DNA of 64,000 nt from Octopus vulgaris (Eukaryota): contig OX597840.1 in NCBI GenBank assembly GCA_951406725.2, positions 39,494,001 through 39,558,000 on the forward strand, read 5' to 3'. How positions within the stretch are numbered: the stretch's first letter is position 1; each line of letters begins with the position of its first letter. Below, one piece after another: positions 26,629-40,252 of this stretch. The notes under the pieces were generated by a model. The model searched no databases. It saw nothing but the letters and a program-made list of their open reading frames with translations, and had not been told where the DNA came from. Both the position numbers and the translations under genes were made by a program.

Positions 26629-27924
26629 TAAGTAAAAAAAAAACGAAAAAATAATCCAGAATCCTTGTCCGGTACCTCATCGATCCCAATGGTATTTATG
26701 GGATGTGAAAGTGGCTGTAGAAAATGAATAGTTTTTCCTTATGTAGTACAAGCCAAAGTTAACCAATTCACCATTCAAAATAGTTTCAAAGCCGGAGGTA
26801 ATAATAATAATCAGTTCTACTCAGAGATTTTTCGAAGCTTCTAAGTTCAACAGCTGGTAGATATACCGACATGATATTGGGCATCAACCATTATTTAAAT
26901 TATTTTGTACACCGGATGAGTAACGGGAGAAGACAAAACAAACTGATTTACTTATCGGTGCTTCTGGGAGGAAATCCCATCTAAAACTTCGATCTTCCTG
27001 GCAAATTTATGAAACAGTCTCCACTTACCTGCTTTTCCTAATTTCTTTACCTATGGCTCCGCCACAAACTATGAGGCATCGTGTCGGGTGAATCATTTGT
27101 TTGTCATCTAATTCTTTGTTCTCATGGGTCAAGTAAAGTTATATATATACGGATCTGGCTCTATCTGCTTTCAATATTGATATTTCTTCAATCTCCATCA
27201 CGGTGCGTTAGAGATTATAATAGGAATCACGGAGATAAATTATCCCCTTTAGCGGTTCCACGTAAATACTCAATGAAAAGGTTACAATATTGCTACTGGG
27301 AGACGTCCAATATCTCGATCAACCAGGCACAGTTTGTAGTCACTTTGCGAAGAGTAGCTGTATTCCGGTTGAGTTTCAGTCGAACTGATTTTACATTCCT
27401 TGTTTTGATTTGTATTAGTTACACTCCGTTTACGTCTGAGTACTTTAATAAATGCAGTGGAAACCACCTAGAGGAACATATATTTGTAATCGATTAATCA
27501 TTTTTAATCATTATATTCTTGTTCGGAATCATTCATCCGGAGGTCAGCCTCGATCTTACAGACCTATGATCAAAGTTGTTTTCGAGACATATCTAGTTCT
27601 CAGTTAATCTAAAATTACATCCATACCCTGGAATACGACACATGCTGAGGATCAGAGTTCGTAACGCTTGGAACAGAAAGCAGATGAAGTCAATTGTCCG
27701 TGTGAATATTTGTTAGATATACGTTATTGAAAACATATACAAATAAAACTAATGAACGAATGAATGGTTATATATTTCGAATTAAAGTAATATTAGATGA
27801 GGAAATCACTAATTAGACAGAGAAACGAAAAATCATCCAACTATATTTTCTGTTGTTTCTATGACTCAGTGTAAGCAATTTATTGTCTATAGTACCATTT
27901 ATGGTACCATTTTGTTTTATTATG

Positions 27925-28120
27925 CTCTTAGCATTCAAATCAGCCATTTACAGTCAGCTATTCTACTCGTTTTATGTCCAAACTAACCGGATCTGGCTTC
28001 TCACATCTACCCTACAATATTATTCTAAGAATTAACAATCGCATCGGGAAGTCTCGAAGTTTCAAGATAATGCATGGTTAATTTAAAGCATAAAATTTGA
28101 CAGTATTTGAACGTTGAGAG
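27925..28120. mobile_element. Decayed piggyBac-like MITE
   Basis: Imperfect TIR ctcttagcattcaaat / atttgaacgttgagag, followed by ttaa. Confidence 0.5.
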
Positions 28121-28182
28121 ATTAAACCAGTAAAATTAGGCCCAAATATTTTGTTTGATTTATGTTCAAACTGACTACATGC

Positions 28183-28224
<42 letters not shown>

Positions 28225-28334
28225 ATGTGTGTGTGTATGTATGTACTGGCCGTATGCACATATATATATATGTGTGTGTGTATGTATGTAGGTACATATA
28301 TACATATATAGATAGATAGATGGATGGATGGATG

Positions 28335-28408
<74 letters not shown>

Positions 28409-29114
28409 GAGATAGAGAGAGAGAGAGAAAAAGAAAGAGAGAGAGAGATAGGACCAGTATCTTTTCATCTACCAAGTCCGCTCACAAAACATTCGCAATG
28501 AGACTGAACCCAGGACCATATGGTTGAGAAACGAACGCCTTTCCCTGTAACGACGTCTATGCCTAAATATTCTTTGTACCCAATTTTGTTAATAGTCATT
28601 CTCAGGGGTGAATCCAAGGATATAAGGGACCTTTCTGCCCTTAACGTTAATCTCTGAAACAAAACGGTATATTTTGTTGCTTCTTGTACGTCGCCTTTCA
28701 TCTATTCTCTAGTTCAACATCTCTGGGGACCATTGTCCTGCAGCTTGGATCTTTTTTCTGTCTTTGTTATTTGATTGGTCAGTCAAGTAAAACACTATTG
28801 ACTCCTTGAAATTTAAATTACATCAAAACCTAACAAGATGTTTTATTGAGAGACTCTTCATCTTACATGAAACTGGCGAATTTAACTTTCTTGCTGTTGA
28901 ATCCGAAATTTGACCATTAATAGTAAGAATATAAAATGAAAGTAATGAATATTGACAAGATCGTAGAGAAGCGTTCAATAAATAGGCAATACCACGGCGA
29001 AAAAGACAACACAATAGATTAGAACAACAGAAACGTCTATGTAATCGTTATTGCGCTCTCTTCAAGACATTTAAATTACATTTCGCCAAGATAACTATTC
29101 TATTTACCGTTATT

Positions 29115-29171
<57 letters not shown>

Positions 29172-29225
29172 GTGCATACATATCTATATAAGTATATAGG
29201 TATATATTCAGATATACACACATAT

Positions 29226-29282
<57 letters not shown>

Positions 29283-29318
29283 TTACATTCCTTTTACGCC
29301 TCAGTACTTTATATATAT

Positions 29319-29359
<41 letters not shown>

Positions 29360-29546
29360 CCGTTTTTATCAATTTATATATATATATACATACTTTTTGG
29401 TCTTATTGATTTTAATGTAATTGTTGGTGTCTATTTTTTCCTCTTAACTTGGTCGTTTAGTGCACAGAAAAAAAATTTCTTAACTTCTCAATTAAAAGAC
29501 ATTGTAGATTCGTGAATTTTATGGAGTCCATTATTAAAGATCATAT

Positions 29547-29613
<67 letters not shown>

Positions 29614-29619
29614 CTGTGT

Positions 29620-29657
<38 letters not shown>

Positions 29658-29947
29658 TCTATTTATAGAGCCGCTGTCCTTTTGTCGGTATTCTTATTAA
29701 GCTAAATTATTATTAATATCAATATTACTATTTTTTTAGTTTTTGCTAAATATATTCAGTACATTTCTATTGATTTTTCCATAGTGTTGAACATAAATTA
29801 TATACAAAATTAAAATCCACAACAATAAAAATAAATTACAAACACAGCTAATGAATCTGATTGCATTAGATTTCCTGTATTTCTTATTTGGGGGAAAATC
29901 GTTAGAGTGCCGAATGAAATATATTCGGGTAACATTATTAATGTTCT

Positions 29948-30577
29948 GTGGAGGCGCAATGGTCCAGTGGTTAGGGCAGCGGACTCGCGGTCGTAGGATC
30001 GCGGTTTCGATTCCCAGACCGGGCGTTGTGAGTGTTTATTGAGCGAAAACACCTAAAACTCCACGAGACTCCGGCAGGGGATGGTGGTGATCCCTGCTGT
30101 ACTCTTTCACCACAACTTCCTGTTTCTGTTGTACAAAGGGCCGGCCTTGTCACTCTCTGTGTCACGCTGAATATCCCCGAGAACTACGTTTAGGGTGCAC
30201 GTGTCTGTGGAGCGCTCAGCCACTTACACTTTAATTTCACGAGCAGGCTATTCCGTTGATCGCATCAACCGGAACCCTCGTCGTCGTAACCGACTGAGTG
30301 TTTCCATCCGAGGCTCCGGCAGGGGATGGTGGTGATCCCTGCTGTACTCTTTCACCACAACTTTCTCTCACTCTTACTTCCTGTTTCTGTTGTGCCTGTA
30401 TTTCAAAGGGCCGGCTTTGTCACTCTCTTTGTCACGCTGAATATCCCCGAGAACTACGTTAAAGGTACACGTGTCTGTGGAGTGCTCAGCCACTTACACG
30501 TTAATTTCACGAGCAGGCTGTTCCGTTGATCGGATCAACCGGAACCCTCGTCGTCTTAACCGACGGAGTGCTTCCTC
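29948..30577 (+). mobile_element. SINE family C: full copy plus 5'-truncated tandem copy inside one TSD
   Basis: 13-bp TSD ttattaatgttct (29935-29947, 30578-30590); second copy restarts at cgaggctccggcagggg (~30309). Confidence 0.9.
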
Positions 30578-30863
30578 TTATTAATGTTCTAAGTTCAAAT
30601 TTTACCAATATTCCATATTCTCATTCATTTTATAGAGAGATCGATAAAATTTATACAAATCTTTCGTGTCTGGAATATTTCTTATGCAACCAAGTCCAGT
30701 TTTGCTACAGCAGACATTGGTTTAAACGTGTTCAGTTGCAGGCAATCCTTCTCGTCTGCGTACATAGGATTGTCTAGTCGAACCGGATTTTGAGGGAAAT
30801 TTTGATAATATTTGTAGTATTTGAAAGAATAGCGTAAAGGATTCTAGCTTACTTCGATAACTA

Positions 30864-31025
30864 CAGACGTGGCTGCGGGTTAGTAAGCTTGCTACCCAAA
30901 CACATGGTTCTGGGTTCAGTCTCACTGCGTGGCGCCTTCGATAAGTGTCTTCTGCAATAGCTTCGGATTGTCCAAAGCCTTTTGAGTGAATTTGGTAGAT
31001 GGAAACTGAAAGAATCCCATCGTAC
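30864..31025 (+). mobile_element. SINE family A, 5' half
   Basis: gtggctgcgggttagtaagcttgct...ggaaactgaaagaatccc. Confidence 0.8.
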
Positions 31026-31056
31026 ATATGTATGTATATGTATGTATGTACGTATG

Positions 31057-31103
<47 letters not shown>

Positions 31104-31499
31104 CTTTACTTGTTTCAGTAATTTGACTGCGGCCATGCTGGAGCACCGCCTTCAATCTAGCAACTCGACCCCAGGACTTATTCTTTGTAAGCCCAGTACT
31201 TATTCTATCGGGCTCTTTTGTCGAACCGCTAAGTTTCGGGGACATAAACACACCAACATCGGTTGTGAAGCAATGCTAGGGGGACAAACACAAACACACA
31301 AACATACATACACACATACATATATATATATACATATATAGGACGGGCTTCTTTCAGTTTCCGTCTACCAAATCCACTCAAGGCTTTGGTCGGCCCGAGG
31401 CTATAGCAGAAGACACTTGCCCAAGGTGCCATGCAGTGGGACTAAACCTGGAACCATGTGGTTGGTAAGCAAGCTACTTACCACACAGCCACTCCTGCG

Positions 31500-31500
<1 letters not shown>
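31104..31500 (-). mobile_element. SINE family A, full length
   Basis: Matches 2136-2530; lies between the 5' and 3' halves of a plus-strand copy. Confidence 0.9.
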
Positions 31501-31544
<44 letters not shown>

Positions 31545-31619
31545 GGGTGCTCCGACATGGCTGCAGTGAAATGACTGAAACAAATAAAAGAATAAAATAA
31601 TAAAATAAAATAATATTTT

Positions 31620-31820
31620 TGTGTATGTGTTTGCCCCACCCTAACATCACTTGACAAGCAATGTTGGTGTGTTTAGGTCCCGTAACTTAACGGTCCAGCA
31701 TTAAGAGACCGATAGAATAAGTACTAGGCTTACATTCAATAAGTCCTGGGGGCGATTTGCTCGACTAAAGGCGGTTCTCCAGAATGGCCACAGTCAAATG
31801 ACTGAAACAAGTAAAAGAGA
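31620..31820 (+). mobile_element. SINE family A, 3' half
   Basis: gaccgatagaataagtactaggc...ggccacagtcaaatgactgaaacaagtaaaaga. Confidence 0.8.
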
Positions 31821-31911
31821 TTTGTCTGAGAAGTATGTGAGAAATATAAATATAAACGCATAAAGAAACACACATTTGTATGCAAATATACATGCACATA
31901 TCCCCATGTTA

Positions 31912-31997
<86 letters not shown>

Positions 31998-32723
31998 CAT
32001 AGATAAATAGATAGATAGATAGATATATAGATACATAGATAGATAGATAAACATACAAATATTTATATTTACATATGTATTTATACGTGTATGTGTGCGT
32101 GTGTGTGCACCTGTGTGTATAGATAGATAAATATCAATAGATATAGATATAATTATATATACATATAAGTACTATAAATATGTAACCACAAATTTTCATA
32201 CATACGTATATTTCTATACAATATATACATATATATATATAAAGATGATACATAAATAACTGCCTAAATGTAATTTTATCTCTAAAAAAATTTATCAGAG
32301 TGGTAAAAAAATATAATACAAAATATTTCATGCATAAAATATTTAGACATAACTCAATGAACAAGTTTTAAAAAATATCAAATTGAGATCTTTAATATAT
32401 CAGCTATCTTGAATATAAATCCAATTAGTACACTAAAATACTAGCTCGGTCATACATATTAAAATTCATATAATCTGACATTAAATATCGGGTTCGATAC
32501 GTGATATATATGTCTGTGAGATAGACTGTGTTTGTGCGTGTATGTATGTGTACAGGTGTGTTTGTGTTAATACGTGTGTGTGTGTGTGTTTACGTAGACA
32601 CATAAAAATATATAGATATTTAGAGAGGGTTGGATATTCTCGATAAAGAATGAGATATAATGATAATCTATATAGACATACGAATACGTGCGCGTGTGTG
32701 AGTGTGTGTGTGTCTACACATAC

Positions 32724-32761
<38 letters not shown>

Positions 32762-32777
32762 ATATATGTATATACAT

Positions 32778-32810
<33 letters not shown>

Positions 32811-32878
32811 CAATCATACATGAATATATATACGTATATATATACATATACATATATATATATATACATATATATATG

Positions 32879-32923
<45 letters not shown>

Positions 32924-33074
32924 GTATATATACATATATGTATATATATATGTATATATACATATATATATGTATGTATGTATATGTATATTTGTACATA
33001 TATATGTATATATATATATATATATATGTACGTATATATACATACGTACACACATATATATACACACACACATG

Positions 33075-33115
<41 letters not shown>

Positions 33116-34186
33116 CCTTAGCGCTTACTCGACTGATCTGCACAAATTCAAATTTATAACGTTTATAAAGCCGTTAAGTTTTTGGTTCTGGTTTTATTTC
33201 TTTATCTTTTTTTTTATTAATTTGGTTTTACTAAACAACAAATACCTCTGGTACGGTTTTATTGATTTTAAATAAATATTAAACAAACAAATAAAAATCA
33301 GCAAAAGAAATTATTCAAGTGACACCTAGTGTAGATACCTGTGCATATACACATACATACAGACGCACACACCACCCACACATACTTACATACATATATA
33401 CATATATACACATATAGTTTTAAGTTGTTTTCGTCCGAAATATTAATTAGGAAAGTTACTGAGTACGAAATACTCTTTACCGTTAATTGATCAACGGTTT
33501 ATAAAACGAGATCTATTAGACGAAGAGAACATGAAACAAAACATCAAAAGAAGCCGAGATTAATAACACGGCTCTTATATTCTAGTCATATTCTTAAATG
33601 CACTATTAAATCTAAGGTTGAGTAATCTTGAAACACGGACAGCTGCTAAATATATGGATCGTGGTTTCGTTTGTGGCACGTTCTTTTCAATTGCCCTGCT
33701 AATTTTTTGGCGAAATACAAGAACATTCATTCCTCAGCCGCAGTTCGCCTCTTTCCTTTGAAATATAAATAACTTGTTTCTAATCGGACTAGTTTATGAG
33801 AATTAAGAGAAACGGCAGGGTAGGAAGCAGAATATTTTACGATCGAATTTAGATCTAGAAGATTTAACAGAACGAGAGTGAGATGTTGGTTGTCGCTAGA
33901 CATAACTCATCGCAAATAAATGAAACCTTGTATGAAACCCCATGTACTGGCAAGACACTGGATCTGATTAAAAGGAGTCGATAAGTAAGGGCAGCAAGAA
34001 TATCGAATGAAGTATGGAAACAAGGGAATCTCTCAAGGGGAACCTCATCTTAGTGAGTGGGGAGCAATACGAAGGTGATGCGTAATTTTTTCTGATATCG
34101 CCATAAACCTGCTAATGTCTGGTACGAGCTTTCAAATAGAAGCACTTGAATCTCCTAGTTTTTTGCAAATAATATGTGTGCGTCTA

Positions 34187-34242
<56 letters not shown>

Positions 34243-34766
34243 TGTGTGTCTGTGTGTTTGTGTGTTTGTGTGTGTGTGTTTGTGTGTGTGTGTGTTTGTG
34301 TGTGTGTTTGTGTGTTTGTGTGTGTGTTTGTGTGTGTTTGTGTGTGTATTAGAATTACAAAGAATATGGAAACTGGTGCGTCTTCATATTTTACTTTGAA
34401 GTTGTCCATTTAATTATACAGCATAATTAATTAATATTACCAACACGATTTTCTGCTGCACAGACAATGTGCAGCTGCAGCGTAACCCGCTACCTTCTTT
34501 TACGCACCTTCATTCAGTTTTTTCAACCGATGAAGGCCGAAGCGAACTGAATTTGTTCATGCGTGGATGAGGGTGAAATGAAGAAACGTGACATGGCTAT
34601 AAAAATTGACATCGTATTTGACCTGATGTCGACCTTAATTCACGGAAAAAACACAGAGGTGTATATACTAAAATAACTGAAACTATATATCTATACGTCT
34701 GTCTATATATCAATCTTTACTTCTCTCTCTCTCTTTCTCAGTCCCCCCTCTCTCTCTATCTATCCA

Positions 34767-34895
<129 letters not shown>

Positions 34896-34906
34896 ATGTA
34901 TATATA

Positions 34907-35125
34907 TGTGGAGGCGCAATGGCCCATAGGCAGCGGACTTGCGGTCGGAGGATCGCGGTTTCGATTCCCAGACCGGGCGTTGTGTGTGTTTATTGAGCGA
35001 AAACACCTAAAAAAAGCTCCACGAGGCTCCGGCAGGGGATGGTGGTGATCCCTGCTGTACTCTTTCACCACTCTAAAGGTGGTGTTCCAGCATGGCCGCA
35101 GTCAAATGACTGAAACAAGCACAAA
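34907..35125 (+). mobile_element. SINE with family C head and family A-type tail
   Basis: C head through ctctttcaccac, then ggtggtgttccagcatggccgcagtcaaatgactgaaac and an A tract. Confidence 0.8.
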
Positions 35126-35154
35126 AAAAAAAAAAAAAAAAAAAATATAACTCG

Positions 35155-36656
35155 TTAAATCCTTAAAAATGTTTTAGCCCGAAGGCCGCGGCCATGCTGG
35201 GGCACCACCGCTGAATGAGCTACACTAATTTGTGAATCCACCTCTGATACGTGGCACTTGATCAACAAGGGAGTTCGATGCTGCTGCCCGCATCTGCGTC
35301 TCCTGTCGTGAGGTAGGTTCATCTGGGACTCCCGACAAGAAGAGATCCAGTTTAGTTTTAAAGAAACCCACATCCACACCATGTAAGTCTCTCAGGCATT
35401 TAGGGAGGATGTTAAAGAGCTGTGGTCCTCTGAAACCCAAGCTGTTGCAGTATCTGGACCTGTATTTTGATGGTGATGTTGGAATCCTTGGCACCATGCA
35501 GTGGAGCCCCGTTCTGCGGTTGGGGTAACTTTGAATGCCAAAGTTTGGGACAAGACCCTCCAGGGTTTTCCAGATGTATATCACCGCATATCTCTCCCGC
35601 CTCTGCTCTAGGGAGAAGAGGTTTAATACCTTCAGTCTTTCCCAGTAGCTGATATTTTGCATTGAGACGATTTTCTTTGTGTAGCTTCTCTGAATTGCTT
35701 CGAGTTCTGCTGTTAGTTTTATATTGTGTGGTGGCCACAGTTGGGAGCAGTAGTCCAAGCGGCTGAGGACGAATGTTTTCCATAGGACCATCAGTGTCTC
35801 CTTCTCTCTTGTTCTGAAATTTCGGAGAATCCATCCAGCTAGCCGTCTGCATTTTATCACCAGATTAGCAATATGCACTTGGAAAGATGCATCATTGCTC
35901 ATGTCAATGCCCAAGTCACGCACTGATTTTGACTCAGGGATTGCAATTCTTCCTAGGCCAGTGTATCCAGTCTGCACGTCGTTTACCTTTGTGTGCCAGC
36001 AGCGCAGGGCCTGGAACTTACCTGCATTAAACTGCATGTTGTTGTCCTCAGCCCACCTGTATATTGCAGATGCGCAATATTTTCAGGGTTTTGTATTGCG
36101 TGGGAGACTTTTGTGTCATCTGTATAGCTAGCAAGGGTGGTCATCGTAGCAACTGAAGGCATGTCTGAAAGGGCCACTATGAACATCAGTGGCCCCAAGA
36201 CAGTGCCCTGTGGGACACTGCTTGTTATTTGCGTTTCCTTGGAGGTGGCTCCATTGCTCACAACTCCCTGTTTTCTGTCTTTTAGGAAGTTGTGCAGCCA
36301 CTCTCCAAATTTTCCGCCTATGCCGAGACCACGCAGTTTGTGACAGATCGTACCATGGTCGACCTTATCAAAGGCTTTTGCAAAGTCGAGATATATTACA
36401 TCCACATTTGGCCATTTAGTAGCTGTTTCAACACCCAGTCATAGTGTTGCAGGAGCTGTGTTAAGCAGCCTCTACCTGGTCGAAATCCATGCTGGGTGTC
36501 AGACAGCAAGTCATTTTCTTCAAGGAACATGATTAGTTTCTTACGGACTATTCGTTCCATGACTTTGCTGTTGTGTGAGGTCAGAGAGATAGGCATATAA
36601 TTTTTAGCATTTGCTCTGCTACCGCCCTTATGGACAGGGCATATTACCCCCTCTTT
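35155..36656 (-). pseudogene. CR1/L2-group LINE, 5'-truncated: reverse transcriptase domain, C-terminus and 3' UTR, with frameshifts
   Basis: KNYMPISLTS, QHGFRPGRGC, DVIYLDFAKAFDKVDH, VPQGTVLGPLMF, YTDDTK, RDLGI, SRLDYCSQLW, YWERLKVLNLFSLEQRRERY across three ORFs. Confidence 0.92.
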
Positions 36657-36685
36657 ATATATATGTATGTATATATATGAATATA

Positions 36686-36716
<31 letters not shown>

Positions 36717-36731
36717 TTATTATATAGAAGG

Positions 36732-36782
36732 AGCTTCTACAGGACTAGTACTGTTTCATTCAAGAGAAATCTTCAGGAAGCT
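36732..36782 (-). ncRNA. Type-I hammerhead ribozyme motif
   Basis: AGCUUC-CUGAAGA-UUUC UCUU GAAU-GAA-ACAG UACUAGUC CUGU-A-GAAGCU: 6-bp stem I, 4-bp stem III, GUA cleavage triplet. Confidence 0.8.
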
Positions 36783-37136
36783 ATTTAACAAGAATTGTAT
36801 TAGCATTTATACATTTAGGCAGGTTTAAAGGAGTGGTGGTGGGGGACTTTTTTGGGGGTAGGCATAGCGCAAAATATCATACTTGGGGGAGTGGTCAAGG
36901 AGTCAGTGGTAAGTTAGATGAAAGAATAGATAAATATAAAATAATAAAATAAAAAAATAAAAAAATAAAATAATAAAATAATAAAAAAATAAAAAAATAA
37001 AAAATATATATAAAAAATATATATATAAAAGAATATATATATATAAAAAAAGGGGGGATAGAGTTATAGGTAAATAAGGAGATTCTCACTTGTACCTATA
37101 CACACATGTATACGTATCCACACACATATATATATA

Positions 37137-37182
<46 letters not shown>

Positions 37183-37486
37183 TATATACACATATACATA
37201 CATATCTACATACACACATACATACACCCGCCCACATATACAAATTTATACACATGCACATGCATATACCTGTCTACATATACACACACGTATATATGCA
37301 TACACTCACTCCCATGAATGCACGCATACACACATGTATATATATACACACGACCACACATACATATATACACAGAAAAATATATATTCATACGCACATA
37401 CACTCATGCACACACAACACACCTAGTTCCCTATATACACATATTTACACCTATATATACACATACACCCACATACACATATGTAC

Positions 37487-37521
<35 letters not shown>

Positions 37522-37749
37522 CATATACACGCATACATATATATACATGTGTGCACATACATACATATACACATATACATACACACACACATACACATGT
37601 GTACCTATACATACCTACACATACACACATACATACATATATATGTATGTGTGTATGTGTAGGTATGTATAGGTACACATGTGTATGTGTGTGTGTATGT
37701 ATATGTGTATATGTATGTATGTGCACACATGTATATATATGTATGCGTG

Positions 37750-37793
<44 letters not shown>

Positions 37794-38094
37794 TATGTGT
37801 ATGTGGGTGTATGTGTATATATAGGTGTAAATATGTGTATATAGGGAACTAGGTGTGTTGTGTGAGCATGAGTGTATGTGCGTATGAATATATATTTTTC
37901 TGTGTATATATGTATGTGTGGTCGTGTGTATATATATACATGTGTGTATGCGTGCATGCATGGGAGTGAGTGTATGCATATATACGTGTGTGTGTATGTG
38001 TAGACAGGTATATGCATGTGCATGTGTATAAATTTGTATATGTGGGCGTGTGTATGTATGTGTGTATGTAGATATGTATGTATATGTGTATATA

Positions 38095-38131
<37 letters not shown>

Positions 38132-38218
38132 GTAGGTCCCGGGTTGATTCGGGGTTAACCACAGTAAGTAAGGTACTCAATACATAGCAGAGTAAGATTA
38201 ATTTATTATATAGAAAGG

Positions 38219-38315
38219 AGCTTCTACAGGACTAGTACTGTTTCATTCAAGAGAAATCTTCAGGAATGTTCCTGAAGATTTCTCTTGAATGAAACAGTAC
38301 TAGTCCTGTAAAGCT
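38219..38315. ncRNA. Two back-to-back hammerhead cores (one per strand) forming a hairpin
   Basis: Same core as 36732 on minus (38219-38266) and on plus (38269-38315); stem I shortened by the fold-back junction. Confidence 0.65.
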
Positions 38316-38331
38316 CCTTCTATATAATAAA

Positions 38332-38373
<42 letters not shown>

Positions 38374-38778
38374 TATATATATATGTGTGTGGATACGTAT
38401 ACATGTGTGTATAGGTACAAGTGAGAATCTCCTTATTTACCTATAACTCTATCCCCCCTTTTTTTATATATATATATTCTTTTATATATATATTTTTTAT
38501 ATATATTTTTTATTTTTTTATTTTTTTATTATTTTATTATTTTATTTTTTTATTTTTTTATTTTTTTATTTTATTATTTTATTTTTTTATTTATTTATTT
38601 TTTTATTATTTTATTTTATATTTTTTATTTATCTATTCTTTCATCTAACTTACCACTGACTCCTTGACCACTCCCCCAAGTATGATATTTTGCGCTATGC
38701 CTACCCCCAAAAAAGTCCCCACCACCACTCCTTTAAACCTGCCTAAATGTATAAATGCTAATACAATTCTTGTTAAAT

Positions 38779-38829
38779 AGCTTCCTGAAGATTTCTCTTG
38801 AATGAAACAGTACTAGTCCTGTAGAAGTT
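38779..38829 (+). ncRNA. Type-I hammerhead ribozyme motif
   Basis: agcttc-CTGAAGA...GAAACAG tactagtc CTGTA-gaagtt; TATAAA ~30 nt upstream and AATAAA ~10 nt downstream. Confidence 0.8.
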
Positions 38830-38906
38830 CCTTCTATATAATAAATTAATTTTACTCTGCTATGTATTGAGTACCTTACTTACTGTGGTTAACCCCGAAT
38901 CAACCC

Positions 38907-38995
<89 letters not shown>

Positions 38996-39053
38996 CGTGG
39001 TTAAGCACTTCTTCAGATTTACCTGACATCTTTGGGTGTCAATGACACTTTAC

Positions 39054-39095
<42 letters not shown>

Positions 39096-39616
39096 GCTGA
39101 TGGAGACAGATTTCTTCTTGGAAGAGTCGGATTTGAGCGTTATGTGCATTTATACTGTCTGGACATTAGTAGCGTCATGTGCTCACAGCCAGACATTTTC
39201 ATGCTAAGCCCACATCTGTCACCACACACATATACGAGAACAGTGTATAAACGGCAAAGAACGAACGATGTAGACTCTATGCCGAATGAGAATCTGCAAT
39301 ATAAAACAGAAGCAGCGTTTGATAGAATAGATCGTCTACAGGGAGCTTTTATGTTAGCAAATATGCCATAAAACTATTGCAAATCCCATAAGTAACACAT
39401 ACAAGTAATGCGAAGATTCTCAGAGAAATAAATTATTTCCCGTTGTTACATGAAACTCCGTAATACAGTTTCTGTACAGAGAGTCTATATGGAGTCAATA
39501 TAAACTGTTGGCGGAGACGATAATTAAATAAAGCCTGGTTCACTGAATTAATAATAGATACACACATACGCGTATATACACACACACACACACATATATA
39601 TACACACATGTATGTA

Positions 39617-39849
39617 TATTTCTTTATTGTCCACAAGGGGCTAAATATAGAGGAGACAAACAAAGACAGACGAAGGGATTAAGTCGATTACATCGACACC
39701 AGTGTTTAACTGGTACTTTATTTATCGACCCCGAAAGGATGAAAGGCAAATTCGACCTCGGCGGAATTTGAACTCAGAACGTAACGGCAGACGAAATACG
39801 GCTACGCATTTCGCCCTGCGTGCTAACGTTTCTGCCAGCTCGCCGCCTT
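39617..39849 (-). mobile_element. SINE family B monomer
   Basis: Head aaggcggcgagctggcagaaacgttagcacgc. Confidence 0.9.
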
Positions 39850-39867
39850 ATACACACATGTATATAG

Positions 39868-40190
39868 GTGCAAGCATGATGCGTAGTAAGAAGCTTGCTT
39901 CCCAACCACATGGTTCCGGGTTCAGTCCCGTTGTGTGGAACTTCTGCAATAAATCTTCTACAATAGTATCGGGCTGACCAAATCATTGTGAGTAGAGTTG
40001 GTTGATGGAAACTGAAAGAAGCCTGTCGTATATATAAATATATATATGTCTACGTTTTTGTATCTGTGTCGCACTCCTCATCACCACTGGTAAACCGACA
40101 TTGGTGTGTTTACATCACCGTAAATTAGTGGCACGGCAATGGTGCCCCAGCATGGCCTGAGACCAATAACTGAAACACGTAAAATATAAA
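39868..40190 (+). mobile_element. SINE family A, diverged
   Basis: aagcttgcttcccaaccacatggttccgggttcagtccc; tail ggtgccccagcatggcc...actgaaac. Confidence 0.8.
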
Positions 40191-40197
40191 AGACAGA

Positions 40198-40249
<52 letters not shown>

Positions 40250-40252
<3 letters not shown>

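Larger units (their letters stand above)
36717..38911. repeat. ~2.2-kb compound palindrome built from a Penelope-like pseudo-LTR
   Basis: 36717-37140 mirrors 38371-38845; 37170-37640 mirrors 37641-38130; internal hairpin 38197-38336; identical ORF starts at 36895..37089(-) and 38421..38648(+). Confidence 0.9.

Noticed and set aside
26990-27450. Possible Penelope GIY-YIG remnant (KQMIHPTRCLIVCGG on minus)
   Set aside because: Too short and degenerate to support without an HMM search
29948-30022. Functional tRNA gene (and similar heads elsewhere)
   Set aside because: No clean acceptor stem or terminator; continues into a SINE body with TSDs
39036-39371. 111-aa ORF with RT-like EAAFDRIDR
   Set aside because: Starts through (TA)n; no other RT motifs; likely chance
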